Source: Narcine bancroftii (lineage: Eukaryota). From it: DNA of 64,000 bases. This document shows, piece by piece, positions 1 through 13,395 of this stretch. Numbering within the stretch: position 1 is the stretch's first letter; each line of letters opens with the position of its first letter. Under the pieces are notes generated by a model that saw only the letters and a program-made list of their open reading frames with translations, was not told where the DNA came from and did no database searches. The position numbers and the translations under genes were made by a program. The stretch lies in contig NC_091470.1 of assembly GCF_036971445.1 (NCBI RefSeq), positions 278,132,001 through 278,196,000 of the forward strand, read 5' to 3'.

Positions 1-346
1 ATGTGCTATGAATATGGCCAAAGTAAAAGCTTTAGTTCAGGTTTCTACAAGATCTATCACTCAAAATGAAATACCCAAAGGGTGAGCACCTAACATTCCA
101 GCAAATCAATGGGTACTTCAGCCACGAGAAACAACTATACTCGAACAAGGAGCCACGGGTGTCACTGCTAGTGCTCAAATGACAATGACCAACCCTATGG
201 AAAGAGTAAGCGACATTCAGTCTCTTCAGTGTTCACAATATATGAATCTTCCCAAAAGGAGAGTATTTCAAAAAAGTTCAACTATGTGAGTTGATCATAC
301 TCAACCATTGATGTCTTTTTATGTTGCTGGAGAACCAGCAACAAGT

Positions 347-874
347 CAAGGATCTCCACCAATGCCATCACTTACATACCAAGGATCCCCATCAATGCCA
401 TCACTTACATACCAAGGATCTCCACCAATGCCATCACTTACATACCAAGGATCCCCATCAATGCCATCACTTACATACCAAGGATCCCCATCAATGCCAT
501 CACTTACATACCAAGGATCCCCATCAATGCCATCACTTACATACCAAGGATATCCACCAATGCCATCACTTACATACCAAGGATCCCCATCAATGCCATC
601 ACTTACATACCAAGGATCCCCATCAATGCCATCACTTACATACCAAGGATCCCCATCAATGCCATCACTTACATACCAAGGATCCCCATCAATGCCATCA
701 CTTACATACCAAGGATCCCCATCAATGCCATCACTTACATACCAAGGATCTCCACCAATGCCATCACTTACATACCAAGGATCCCCATCAATGCCATCAC
801 TTACATACCAAGGATCCCCATCAATGCCATCACTTACATACCAAGGATCTCCACCAATGCCATCATTTACACCT
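347..874 (+). repeat. 33-bp minisatellite, ~16 copies, inside Bel-Pao gag (encodes QGSP(S/P)MPSLTY repeats)
   Basis: Unit caaggatccccatcaatgccatcacttacatac repeated head-to-tail; ORF 308-958 shows the 11-aa periodicity. Confidence 0.97.
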
Positions 875-3800
875 ATGACATCACTTCATATTGAGGTACA
901 TTTTCTCAATTCACCTTACGACAACCAGTCACATGCCATATTGGACATGACAATATGATATCATTCATAGCAAAACAAAATGAAATCTCTGTTATGTTAG
1001 TGCAGCAACAAGGTTTATATGGTTTACCTAAGAAGGAAATTCCAGTTTTTAATGGAGATCCATTGCAATATCCAACATTCATGAAATCCTTTGAACATCA
1101 CATTGAAAGTAATACTAAAAACACATAAGGTCATCTGTATTACCTGGAACAGTAGAGTGGGGGACAGGTGAAAGAGTTAGTCAAAAGTTGCCAATATATG
1201 GATGGAGAACAAGGCTTTAAAAGGGCAAAGAATTATTACATCATCATTATGGCAATGAACATAAAATCGCAAGGGACCACGTAGACAAGATTTTCTCTTG
1301 GTCATCTATAAAATCAGAGGCCACAAAGGCTTTACAAGTATATGCATTCTTTCTGAGAAGATGTAGTAATGCAATGGGAAGTGGTATACATTTGCAAGAG
1401 CTGAATTTGCTTGATAATTTGTTGATTATTGTAAATAAATTACCTTATACAGAGAACCAAAGTTGCAGAGCTTAAGATGCTTCCCAGAATGGACAACACT
1501 TTTGTGGATGTTGTACGATTTTTGGAATTGCATGTATATGTTTACACCATGCCAGCATTTGGAAATATTAAGGTTACTTCAATAGTTCCTAAAGATGTAA
1601 AGTCTAAATCATCGTCTCAACAGAAACCAAAGGGAAGTACCTTTGTTACTGCTGTGTCCGATACAAGCACAAGAAAGAACAAGGAAACAAAGAAAAATAA
1701 AGTTCAGACTGTTCAGGAAAGCTGTTTGTATTGCAAAGTTAAGCATGCTTTAGAAAGATGTTCACGATTGGAGAAAAAGTCAGACAACAAGAAATTAACC
1801 TTTTTATAGAAGAATGGAATATATTTTGGTTGCTTGTGTAAAGGACACATCAGCAAAACTTTCAATATGCAGTTGTGATATATGCAGTTTAAAGCATCCA
1901 AAATTACGACATACTCAACGAATTAAAGTTGAGAAGGATATCAAACAATCTGGATTCAAGACTAAAGACACAGTCAGAGAGGAGCCTCAGCTTCAATTTA
2001 GACAAACAGTCTTACTGGGGCCAATGACAAAGCTCTCTCAATAGTTCCTGTGCAGGTTAAAGCAAAAAAGGAAGCTTCATACAGAACACCTACGCATTTT
2101 GTACTGTTGAATGAATGAATAAAGATCACAGATCTTGAAGACAATGAATGATGAAAAGAACATTGAAACTAATATAGTTTCAGGTTTACAGATTGCCAAA
2201 TTGAATCGCAATGAACTTTGCAATCTTCTAAATGTATATACTCAGAAGACTATGGCTGTGAATAAGGAGAATATTCCCTATCAGGATGATATCAATCAGT
2301 GGGATCATTTAAAAAACATTTGCTGACCCAAGATTGATGCCAAGATCAAGATGTTAATTGGATTAGATGTACCAAAAGCTCTCAAATCTCTAAAAGTAAT
2401 AAGGAGCCAAAATGACAGATCTTTTGCCATGTGAACGTTGCTTGGATGACAATTAATAGATCATTAGGAGGAAAAATGAATAATGATCAAAAGAATTTCA
2501 GTTGTCAAACTTAATGATCTGTGGGAACAACAGTTTAAAATTGATTTCCATGAATGTCTCACAGATATTCAAGAACCTTTGAAAGAGGACAAGCAGTTTT
2601 TGGATTTAGTTTCAAATTCTGTTAAACATGTCGATGGTCATTACTGGATAACATTACCTTTGAAGAAAAGGGAAATTTGTACACCAGACAATAAAATAAT
2701 TGCAGAACAGCGTATGCTGAATTTAAAGAGAAAATTCAAGAGAAATTCTTCCTTTCATTTGGAATATACAAATGTCATTTTGGACATGATATCCAAGGGT
2801 TATGTAGAAAAGGTATCAGAAGATATCTTGGAACATAAAGATGGTAGAAAATGGTATTTACCTCATCATGGAGTTATGCATCCACAAAAGGAGAAATTAC
2901 ATGTAGTATTTGATTGTGGAGTTTCAGTTCAAGGAGTTTCACTGAATTCTCAATTTTTACAAGGTCCAGACTTAACCAGTACTTTAATAGGTGTTCTGAT
3001 AAGATTTTATAAAGAGCTTATTGTAATTGCTGCAGATATTGAAGGGATGTTTCATTAAGTGGAAGTACCATCAGAAGATCGTGATTTTCTACGAATGTTA
3101 TGGTGGCCTAATGGTGATTACAGTAAAGATATGATTGAATACAGAAGGACAGTTCATTTATATGGAGGATCTTCATCACCAAGTTGTGCAAATTTTGCTC
3201 TCAGGAAATGTGCTGAGATAATGAAGAGCAATTTAGTTCTCAAACTACAAACATCATCAGAAATAATTTCTATGTTGGTGATCGTCTCACTTCAGTGGTT
3301 TCAGAAAAGGAAGCAAATCTTTATCATGAGTTAAAGGAGATCTGTAATAAAGGAGGGATCTTCCTTATGAAATGGATTAGCAACAGTCGAGATGAGTTGG
3401 CTGTTATTTCTGACGCAGAAGAGTATGGACATAAAACATCTTGACTTGGATTGTGACGTTCTACCAGTCGAAATAATTCTAGGGGTGCAATAGTGTGTTC
3501 AATCTGATGTTTCAAATTCAAAATTGTTTTGAAAGTATGTCCTTTGACAAGAAGAAGCATTCTTTCGATTGTAAGCTCAATATACAATCCTTTGGGAATA
3601 TTGGCACTGGTAGTATTAATAGCCAAGAAAATTCTGCAAGAATTGTACAGAAAAAATTTGGATGGGATAAAACTATACCAGATTCCATCACACAAGATTG
3701 GATGAATTGGATTGAGAGTCTTAAAATGTTAGAAAATTTTTAAGTCAACAGATGTTTTAAAGCAACAGACTTTGGAATTACCACATTTGCTCAATTACAC

Positions 3801-5136
3801 CACTTTGCTGAAACAAGTGAAGGTGGTTTTGGTCCTGTCAGTTATTTAGTACTGAGAAATAACCAAGAGTGAGTACATTGTGGATTTGTAATGAGAAAAA
3901 CCAGAGTGGTTCCATTAAAACAAGTCACCATACTTCGAATGGAATTTACTGCCGCTACTATGAAGATCAAAATGGACACTGTGTTAAGAAGAGAATTACA
4001 GATGGAGTTAGCAGATTCTATGTTTTGGACTGATAGTATATCAGTGTTTAAATACATTAATAACAAAACCATGAGTTTTCGTATCTTTGAGACTAAGAGA
4101 ATTAATGAGATCGAGAAACTTTTGCATGCTAATCAATGGAGATATGTTAAAAGAGTGAATAATCCAGCTGATATGGCTTCATGAGGAAGAAGTGTTGAAA
4201 AACAATCAGAGCTATTTTTACCTGTTTGACTATGAAAGCAATTCATATTGAAGTAACGTCATTGATTGATACAAATTTTTTTATCAATGTTCTTTGACAT
4301 TTTATCGCCAGATGTAGTCAAGTGAAGGAATTACGTTCTAATAATGGATCTAACTTCACAGGAGGTCAATTAGAGTTACGAAAAGCAATTCAAAATTGGA
4401 ATCAACATCAAATTCATGATGTATTACTTCAGAAAGAAATTAGTTGGATATTTAATCCACCCACAGGGTCACAACATGGAGGTGTGTGGGAAAGAATGAT
4501 AAGATCAATCAAGAAAATTCTTAATTCCATTTTGAACAGTCAAATACTCAATGATGACATTCATACAGTATTGTGTGAAATCAAAGCTATTTTAAATAGT
4601 CGTCCAATAACTAAAATTTCTGTCGATTCAAATGACATCGAGGCACTTACATCAAAGCATCTCTTACTTCTTAAATCTAAACCTTTAATGCCTCCACGTC
4701 AATTTCAGAAAGAAGATATTTCTATAAGACACAGATGGAAACAAGTACAATTTTTTGTGGATTTATTTTGGAAAAGATGGATTAAAAAATATCTTTCATT
4801 ATTATAAGAGATACAGAAATGGTCTAATGCTAAACACAATTTTGTATGCAGAGACATTGTAATTATAATTGTCGATTCTGCACCAAGAAATTCTTGGTTG
4901 CTGGGGAAAATCATGGACACAGTTCCGGACAAGAAAAATTTTGTTCGGCAAATGTGCATTAAAACTAAGACTGGTTCCTTAAATAGACCTATTACTAAAA
5001 TCTTTATTTTACAAGAAACAGAAAGTTTTTATTTTTAATCTTATATTTACCATATTTTCTGTAATAGTAATTATATCTGTAATAGTAATTATTATATATT
5101 AACCATTAATGTCTATTATAATAATTAGGGCCAGAA

Positions 5137-6078
5137 TATAAAAGTTAAAACCTTGTGTTTTTGATTCTTAGTTAATTTTGTGCCTGCCTCTTCAAAAAAG
5201 ATTATTGTTCATAGTGTTACCATAGTGACTATTGTCTCAGAATATGTTGTGTTTTCTATTGTATATAGATATGATTTTGGGAGATAAAGTGTGGTAAGTT
5301 GTTTTTAGTGTAGGTCACATACAAACACTTTAAAACAGATCTCATTTAAAATAATGGAACTCTGCACAAGCTGGCTCCAAATGCCTTTGCAAAAACCTTG
5401 GGGAGTGTCCAAAGGACTTCACTAATGGATTGTTGTTTTGAAAAGCAAAGCAACAGATGAAAGAACTCATCAGGAACCACAGTCTGTCTGAGAGGAAGTT
5501 GCTGTTCTAAGAGGGTCATGTGGATTTGCAAGCAGAGAGAGTAAAACAGGCTTTCTCTGAGTGAGAGAGAGAGAATTCAGTTTAGCAGCAGCAGCTAGGA
5601 TTGGAACAGAGAGCTGGCAAGTTTGTGGAAAACCCTCATTTTGAAGATGGGTTGTGAGTACTTAGTTCAGCCTGGTCAAAGCCCTTGTGGTTCATACAAG
5701 AGGAGAAGACTGGCTACCTAGTGTTTCATTTCAAATAAGTGAAACAAAAGGGAACTCTGTGGTGATTTGAAAGAAAACCCTGATGGGGCAAGTTTCTTTG
5801 GCAAGACACTGAAGTGGCTGATTAAAAGGAATCAGTTGTGGGTGTCCAATGAACAACAAATCTCTCTCTGAAAACCGACAAGAATCTTCCTGAGCAGTAA
5901 CCATTTACCTTTCAAGCACCAAAGCCTAGTGAACTGGGGTTAAGTTAATAGTAATAAGTTAAAATTTGATTCTGTTTTCATGTTTAAAGATCATTAAAAG
6001 CAACTTTTGTTTAAGTAATAATTTGTCTTAGTGGATATCTATTGCTGCTGGGTTTTGGGATCCTCTGGGCTCGTAACA
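5137..6078 (+). repeat. 3' LTR of the Bel-Pao element
   Basis: Follows the integrase end and a purine-rich PPT-like stretch (attagggccagaa); ends ...gtaaca (CA terminus). 5' boundary approximate. Confidence 0.65.
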
Positions 6079-6182
6079 CTATGATGTAATATGTCATAAT
6101 ATCTGTGCAGACTAAGAGCTTGCATCGCATTCCTCGACAAACTATGAAGGGAACATGAGCTCGAGATAATTTTCTTTGAATT

Positions 6183-8743
6183 GAGGAGTCACGTGATGGA
6201 GTAGTGGCTGGTAGGAGAATACCAGCCCTCTCCAGAAAAGAAGGAAAAAAGTGAAGAAAAAGCAAAGCCCCAGACACACAAATCACAACAAATAAAAAAT
6301 AAAGGTGTGGAGAAAATGGCACCTAAGAAAGAAAAGCCAAAAACAACGGGAAGCAAAGAAGAAAGAAAGAAGCCGGAAGAAAAAGGTGAAGATCTTACCG
6401 GCACGAAAAAGCAGGGACCCGCTATGGAAAGAGGAGCCCGCTCCCCGAGATTAGTGGAGACCCTGCAGGGTCACGACCCACCGACCGCAGGACTGCAAAA
6501 ATGGCTCATGGAGCCAAACAGGGGTGTGCAACTGTGCATGACAAGGAGAACACTGACGGGAGGGGGGACCAGCTGTGACGTGAATCTCCACAGCAGGAAC
6601 AGCTGAGAGAGGCCTGACAGCAGGGCTCCCAGCTGGAAGATAAAGAAAGCAATGGGAATGGGAGGGGTGAGAAAGAAAAAAGGAAACTAGAGACACAACA
6701 GATAACCAGCCTAGAAGAAGAGGACCAACGTCAAGAAACCATGGAAAAAAAAACCCAACAGACTGAGACAAGCAGCTCAACAAGAAAGTCAGAAGAGACA
6801 CAGATACAAGGAAGAGAAAAAGAAGACACAAACCCAAGAGCAGACACAGAAGGAGAAGAAGAGGAACACCAAGCTCTGCACAGAGGAATAGGAGGTAAAA
6901 TGAATGGACAGTACATAGATTTTAAAAAAAAATTCAATAACAAATGTAAGCATTAAAATAATGGCTGACACTAGAATTTAGTGAAATTTAAAAAAAAATG
7001 AAAAGTACAGAAGAAAAAGTGAGCAGAATAGAGCTGGTCATAAAAGATGTAGGGAAAGGATTAGAAAATGTGCAAGAACATGTAATGGCGGTAGAACGTT
7101 TAATGGCGGTAGAAATGGAAGTGAACAACTTAAAAAGAAAATTGAAAGAAAATGACAAAAAAGTTAAAGAAACACAGGAGTTGTTAACTCAGAAGATGGA
7201 TATAATGGAAAACTATAGTAGGCGAAACAATATAAAGATATTGGGCCTTAAGGAAGATGAAGAAGGCAAAGATATGAAAGAATTTATAAAAGAATGCATC
7301 CCAAAAACCAAGATCCTTTTTAGTAAAATTTCTGAGATACATGACAAGAGAAGGCAATGAATAAAATGAGAGAAGACAAAAAAAACCACTGGAATACAAA
7401 GGTCAAAATTTTTTTTCTATCCAGACGTAAGTTTTGAGCTCCTAAAGAAGAGGAAGGAGTTTAACGCAACAAAATCGACCCTATGGAAGAAAGGCTATAA
7501 ATTTATGTTAAGATATCCAGCGGTGCTTAAAATAGTTATCCCAGGGGAGCAAAACAGACTGTTCTCAGATCTGGAGAAAGCACGAGAATTTGCAGAATGC
7601 CTGCAAGACAGAAAGAAAGATGAAGAGATGTAACAAGAATAAAGAATGATGACAAACTACATATAAAGAAGTAAAAATAATGTATAAGTAAGAACTAAAG
7701 GAGGGAAGAAAAAAGAAGTAAGGGAGGAGGGGGGGGAAATAAATAAATAAATAAATAAGAAAAAGAGAAGAGAGGGAGCTTTGTTGTAATGTGAAGATAA
7801 AAGTCTTTTCTGGAGGAAGTTAGGTGGGAGAGAATAACAGTCACTGCAAAATCAGTTAACGCTTGCGAACGGGTTCGCAGTCTGAATGGAGAGGAGAGTT
7901 ATGGTTGCCAGGCAAGGGACAAGGGGTGACTCAGGGGGGGGGCGGACACTTGGGGTTAAGGGAATTTTAGATGTGGGAATGGTTGAAATATTTTATGTTT
8001 TAGAAGTGTTGTTATACAGTGCGTTCAAAAAAAGAAAACTGAGAAATGGAAATGGGGAAAAGGGGAAAGGTGATGGTGAGGAAGCGGAAATGAGATGTAA
8101 ACAAAGTATGAGATGGCCATGTTGAACTATATGACTATAAATGTTAACAGAATACATAACCAAATCAAAAGGAAGAGGCTATTAAATTTACTGAAAAAAA
8201 TAGATATAGCATTCGTGCAGGAAAACTGGTGAAGCACAAAAAAACATTTATTATGATAGCCTTAGCTGTAGCAAAAAAATGTATAATGTCAACTTGGAAA
8301 TCAGAAGAGAGCCTTAGAGTACAGCAATGGTACATAGAAATGAATAAATGTATTTCATTGTAAAAAATAATATATAATTTAAAAAATAAAGTCACATTAT
8401 TTGAACAAATTTGGGAACCGTACATGGAACACAACAGAGAGGGTCTACCACGGACCTCTACCCCCTAAAATGATAGAATGAGAAGAAGATGAAATGAACT
8501 GACCCAGCGTGTGAAAGTAGATGACACAATTTTCTTGTTTATTTTCATTGTGTGATGACATTGTTTAATGGGTTTATTGTATTGTATATGTTGAATGTTT
8601 AATGGGTTTGGAGGGGGGTGGGAAGGAGGGAGGGAAGGGAGGGGAGAAAAGGGGAGAAAATGACACTGTATATTCAAGAGGGAAATGTTTGTGTGTTGTT
8701 TGGTTAATATGGTTCATAGTGTCAAAAATAATTTTTAAAAAAC
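6183..8743 (+). mobile_element. L1-clade LINE copy A: 5'-intact, ORF1 plus internally deleted ORF2 (~3.4 kb missing)
   Basis: Starts gaggagtcacgtgatggag like copies B and C; ORF1 motif MENYSRRNNIKILGLKE; EN start (AFVQE) fused to the ORF2 C-terminus near 8230; A-rich tail; 18-bp TSD gataattttctttgaatt at 6165-6182 and 8744-8761. Confidence 0.93.
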
Positions 8744-9683
8744 GATAATTTTCTTTGAATTTGTTTTATTTTTTCTTGTATCTCTCTTTGAAGTTAAGTA
8801 TCATTATTTTTTTTAATACAGTATATGCTTTATCTATTTATCGTTATGAAAATCTTAATGCAAAGTTATAAAAAATTTTATCCAGTTCATCAATGAATTA
8901 AAGCTCCATGGGGCTGCATCTACTAAGTTTGGTTTATTGGATTAATAAGATAGTAATTTGGAATATTGTAGCCCACGTTTCCTTGAAGATGACACGTTTT
9001 GAAATCAGGAAATACTAGAACCTGGAAAGTGTCATCTATACTAATATCATATATATCATTACCTTTTTAACTCGATCATAAATTTACCTGGCCAGCCCTT
9101 TTCTGGATTCTTGCTCAATTCCTACCTTGTTTTAGTTGTGCAACTCACTGACCAATTTAAATTTCTACCCTTAGCCTTTACCATACTTTGGACACAATTA
9201 ACACATTGGCTGTCCTAGGGTCCCCACATCACTCATTTCTGATATTTCACCCAAAGGAGTGTTTACTCCTGATTTATCACACACTTGTCCCATGTTGTCA
9301 TTTTGTAATTTTGCACCCACTTCAGGATCCTGACCTTCGCATGGGGAATTTTCCCCTCTTAACACCAGTCTAAGACAGGGCATCAGAACTTGGACAACAC
9401 ATTATGTTGGACAGCACTGTTATCCCTTCCCTTAAGTGAGTCCCCAAACTCTTATTTTCTCTTCCCCTGGTTGAATCCTCAAGCCCTGCCTTCTGTGTGC
9501 TCAGAATGCAAAACTCTTGGTTCATCTGGAGTCCATCAGAGTTATTCTATAGGGAGGGAAGGATCAGTAGATCTAACACCTCAAGAGAAAAACCAGGCAA
9601 GTGTCCCTTGGGCCTGTTCTTTAATCTTTAGATGCTAGTTCAGCTGGTCACTGACACTATCCAGTAAGCAGTCCTCAATTTTG

Positions 9684-9703
9684 GACTCCTGTCTGGCTCG
9701 CCA
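9684..9703 (-). other. Primer binding site complementary to the tRNA-Arg(ACG) 3' end
   Basis: + strand gactcctgtctggctcgcca matches the recalled vertebrate tRNA-Arg(ACG) 3' end GACTCCTGGCTGGCTCGCCA with 1 mismatch; 2 bp from the LTR end. Confidence 0.85.
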
Positions 9704-10035
9704 AATGTTGTCTTGAAACCAACCGCTGCTTCCCAATGCAAAGAACACAGCACACAGAACTGGTACAATTAACTCTTTATTGGACACCAAATTAACCTGA
9801 GAGAACCCTTACTGCTTTCAGCCCTGAAAGCAGTCTCTGGGGGGTTGATGCTTAACAAAGGGATGCATCAACTTTTATACACTTAAGTAAACAAGTTTAA
9901 CTAAAAGATTACATCATTATACCATTACAGACAAGGTAAATCACACCCCATGTAGCACCCTTCCCTATATATCCCTGTATCAAAATTGAATAATAAGAAC
10001 ATTGAGTTACATTTATTCCACATTCAGCAAAAACA

Positions 10036-11311
10036 TGCATTTCTTTTCTTAGATTTGTCTTTTGGTTTGTAATTTTTAATTAGTCCTTCCATTTCATCAT
10101 ACATACTTACGTCAAAATTACCTTCTTTCAGCCACCAAGTCAACAGTTTCTTAATTTTTTTCCCCCATTTCTCTGAAATTCCTATTATATAATTTTTAGA
10201 TACTGGGAACCTTTTACTAAATATTTCAACTGCAGTTGCTTTACTCATTGTGCTATTTTATTCAATACAATTAATCACTACACTATTTTCTACACTACTT
10301 CTATTTTCAACCTTATGTCCCTAATTTACAATTTACATCAGCTTTTTGTAATTTTACGAAATATTATCCAATTGGTTCAGATTTACTAGCCTACCTGTTC
10401 TGCCCGTACAGACCTCTACTCTCTAGGGTGGCATCCACAGAATGCCTTATCCTGCCCATGCAGACCCCTACTCTCTAGGGTGGTATCCACGAGGACTTAC
10501 CAACACCACGTGGAATTTTTCTTTATTTATTCTATGTTATCTTAACTATACTCAACCCCACTGCAGTTTTTCCTGATCAATCCACTGAGTCTCCTTTAAC
10601 TAGAATTTTGCCAGATTCTTTGGGTCAGAGAGCCCCTTCAGCAGTTGTTTCACACTTCCGTGTCCCCAAGACTCCCAAAACCAACAGAAGTTTCAGTCCA
10701 AATTTTAGCAAAAGCACTTACCTTTTTTCTGGGTACATTCTTAATTCTGTTAGTCTTGTGAAGATCCCCAAGGGATTAAGAAGTGTCCTCAACCTGCTGT
10801 TCCCTATTTTGTGGGTCTCTTTCTGACCCTGCTCACAGCGCCAAATTTGTTGTGGTTTGTTGAATGCCAAGAATGACCAAGAGACCCAGAAGGATCTTCA
10901 AGAAGTTTTAAACTTTTATTTGCAAACAAAAGCTGTGGCATTCAAAGAACTAGTCATTGACTGCCCACACAACACAATGCATTGTCTTTTTTTATATTAT
11001 AGTCCTGACTTATCATATTTCTGCACCCAATCATTCATAACCACATATCTTAGGAGTATGTCATCCCTTGGCTCGCCACAATTATTTTCATTATTTTCCA
11101 CCCATTAATTTAATCATGTTCTGAACCATGTGTGTCATTATATTCTGCCACCTGCTACCTTATCCTTGACTCTTTCACTGTGGCTTAGTGTAGTAAATAC
11201 ATAATGAATTGTTACTTTTGTATAGTGTGAGTAGATTGTTACATAGTAATGGATTAATGAATACATAATGAATAGTATATAGTTTATGTGATTTATTTTC
11301 CATACATTTCA
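10036..11311 (-). mobile_element. Second ERV remnant (gamma/epsilon-like) primed by tRNA-Ser: 5' LTR ~10848-11311, leader, gag matrix N-terminus truncated by the Arg-primed ERV
   Basis: LTR with TATA-like tract (~10990-11000) and AATAAA (10915-10920) on the - strand, ends ...CAACA; PBS; ORF 10248->10024 has the matrix-like motif WLKEGNFD (cf. WPxxGTF). Confidence 0.75.
10828..10843 (-). other. Primer binding site complementary to the tRNA-Ser(CGA) 3' end
   Basis: + strand cctgctcacagcgcca equals the recalled 3' end of vertebrate tRNA-Ser(CGA) plus CCA; 4 bp from the LTR end. Confidence 0.85.
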
Positions 11312-11549
11312 TGCCTTTATTATTCTTGATGGCTCAAGTTCTTTTATCATCCAACTGTACCAGTACAACCTGACGAAACAGTGTTCTTCGGTCCACAGTC
11401 CAATCATACATACAGACATTACACAAATACAGACAAGTACAGTCCAAGTGTACATATCTTTAAAATAAATATTAATAAAGTATTGAGTCTTGGAGAGTTG
11501 TCATTATAGTTCATCAGTTGTTCAGTAGTCGCACAGTCCATGGGAAGAA

Positions 11550-13395
11550 GTTGATCACAATACATTTTTTTGCTACCACCAGTGCTATTTTTATAAATGA
11601 GATTTTATATTGGGTCAATTTGTTGCTTATTTCCATGAACTCACCTAATAGATATAGCTCCGGGTCACCCGTGAAGGCCACTCCTGTTATCCTGGTTAAA
11701 TTTTCTGCAACTTCTTGCCAAAATGTCTTCACTTTCACGCACAACCATGTGGCATGTAGAAAAGTTCCTGTCTCAGTCCCACATTTGAAACACATCTCTG
11801 AAATTTTGGCTTTTGATCTGTGTAACTTCTGTGGGGTAAGATATAATTGGTGTTAAAAAGCTATACTGAACCAATCCATATCTTGCATTTATAATTGATG
11901 TCATGCTGTCCTTACACCAATCTGACCAGCTTCTTTCTGAAATCACCACACCCAAGTCTGATTCCAATTTTCCCTTGATCTATGCAACCATGGTTTTGTA
12001 CTTTTACTCTGGAGAGCATAATACATTTTTGTTATAAATTTGGGTGTATTCCCCATCCAAACCATTTGTTCAGTTTCACTAATTTCAGGTGGAATTAAAG
12101 TTGGTCCCCATCTTTCTCTTAAGAATGATCTAAGCTGTAAAAAAAAAACAGAAGAAGGTTCCATTGGCCACTCCGTATTTGTATTTTAATTGTTCAAAGG
12201 ACATAAGAGTTCCTTCAGTGTAGCAGTCTTCAATATATCTTATACCTTTGTCATACTGTGAATTTAATATTCTATTGCCCATGTTCATAGTCAGTAACAC
12301 ATTTTTACACAATGATGTTTTTATTGATATCCCTACTTTTTTTTCTGTACACTCATGCCATGTTCTAATCATATGTATTAGCATGGGGTTATCTATCTTT
12401 TGTTTATTGATTTGAAACTCCATTTATAGATAAAGACCTTTGCTTTCCCCTCCTCCATTGAGTTCATTCCCATTTGAACCCAAATTGGGGGCTGTTTTCA
12501 GTGTAGAAGGCTGCTAGAAATCTAGCCTGTGCAGATTTTTTTGAAATCTGGGAGTCTAAGTCCTCCCAGCCTGTAGTCAGTTCCAAGTCAGTTTTTCCAA
12601 TGCAATTCTTGATATCTTATTATTCCACAGGAACTGTCTAATATTGTTGTTTAGTAGCTTTAAAAAAGTTTTTAGGTATTGAAATAGGCTGCAATTGAAA
12701 AAGTTATTACAATCTTGGCATCACTTTCATTTTGACACAGTTAACCCTTCCCACTAAAGTAATCACTAAATCTCTCCATTTCTGTTGGTCTCTTTCTATC
12801 TTTCCAAGAAGAGGAAGATCATTTAGTTTGTACAGATTTTACAAGTCAATGCCAGTTGCTATTCCAAGATGTTTTATTCCATCTGTCTTCCATTTAAATT
12901 TACTTCCTTTTTGGTATCTTTCCTGCTCAAAATTTGTTAATGGCATTATCTCACTTTTATCCATATTCATTTTGTAGCCTGATATTCTTCCATATTTTTC
13001 TAGTGTTACTTGTAATTTTTCTGAAGATTTAGCTGAGTCTGATAGGTGCAATAGGATAACATCACAGACTGATTTTGTGTTTTTCTTGCCTGACTTTGAA
13101 GCCCTTTATATCCAAATTCCTTCTTATTATCTCCCCCAGGGGTTCAATCAGTAAATTAAAAAGTGATGGGGACAGGGGGAATCCCTGCCTGCTTGATCTA
13201 CTCAAGGGGAACACTACTGACATATGCTTATTTTTTATCATATTAGCTAGCGGTTTATGGTAGATAGTTTTTATCCAATTTATAATTGTTCTCCCTATAC
13301 CAAAGTTTTTCCAGTGTTTTAAATAAAAAGGGCCATTCCAAATGGTTGAATGCTTTTACTGCATCTAAGGAGACTGTAATACTTGGATTTCATTT
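11550..13395 (-). mobile_element. Decayed L1-clade ORF2 fragment (RT to C-terminal Cys-rich domain), different subfamily from copies A-C
   Basis: Minus-strand fragments: SLDAVKAF, SRQGFPLSP, YGRISGYKMNMDKSEI, CFKCGTETGTFLHATWLC. Boundaries approximate. Confidence 0.85.

Larger units (their letters stand above)
1..6078 (+). mobile_element. Decayed Bel-Pao LTR retrotransposon (5' part outside window): gag, protease, RT, RNase H/Pao, integrase, 3' LTR
   Basis: Fragmented ORFs with Bel-Pao motifs: LPKKEIPVFNGDP (gag), CxxC..H..C knuckles, WYLPHHGV..VVFD, QGPDLT, ADIEGMFH (RT), KTRVVPLK..RMEF, FWTDS, NPADMAS (RNase H), SNNGSNF, HGGVWERMIRS, FWKRW..YL (integrase). Many stops and frameshifts. Confidence 0.93.
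6079..10035 (-). mobile_element. Endogenous retrovirus remnant primed by tRNA-Arg (5' LTR ~9706-10035, leader, decayed gag from ATG 9293, MGQVCDK...), interrupted by L1 copy A and the Bel-Pao element
   Basis: LTR TG...CA with TATAAAA (9873-9879) and AATAAA (9776-9781) on the - strand; PBS immediately downstream; Gly-2 gag-like start. Confidence 0.72.

Noticed and set aside
347-874. CRISPR-like array or His/Cys-rich protein (frame 321-878)
   Set aside because: No spacers and a vertebrate context; the second frame is open only because the 33-bp unit has no stop.
6011-6971. Hydrophobic minus-strand ORFs (also 34112-34736, 53774-54592) as membrane proteins
   Set aside because: Antisense translations of purine-rich L1 5'/ORF1 sequence.
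11393-11432. cacagtc + 22 bp + acaaataca as a V-gamma 23-RSS
   Set aside because: Lies in a LINE 3' end, with no upstream V exon or YYC motif. No V segment was found in the window.
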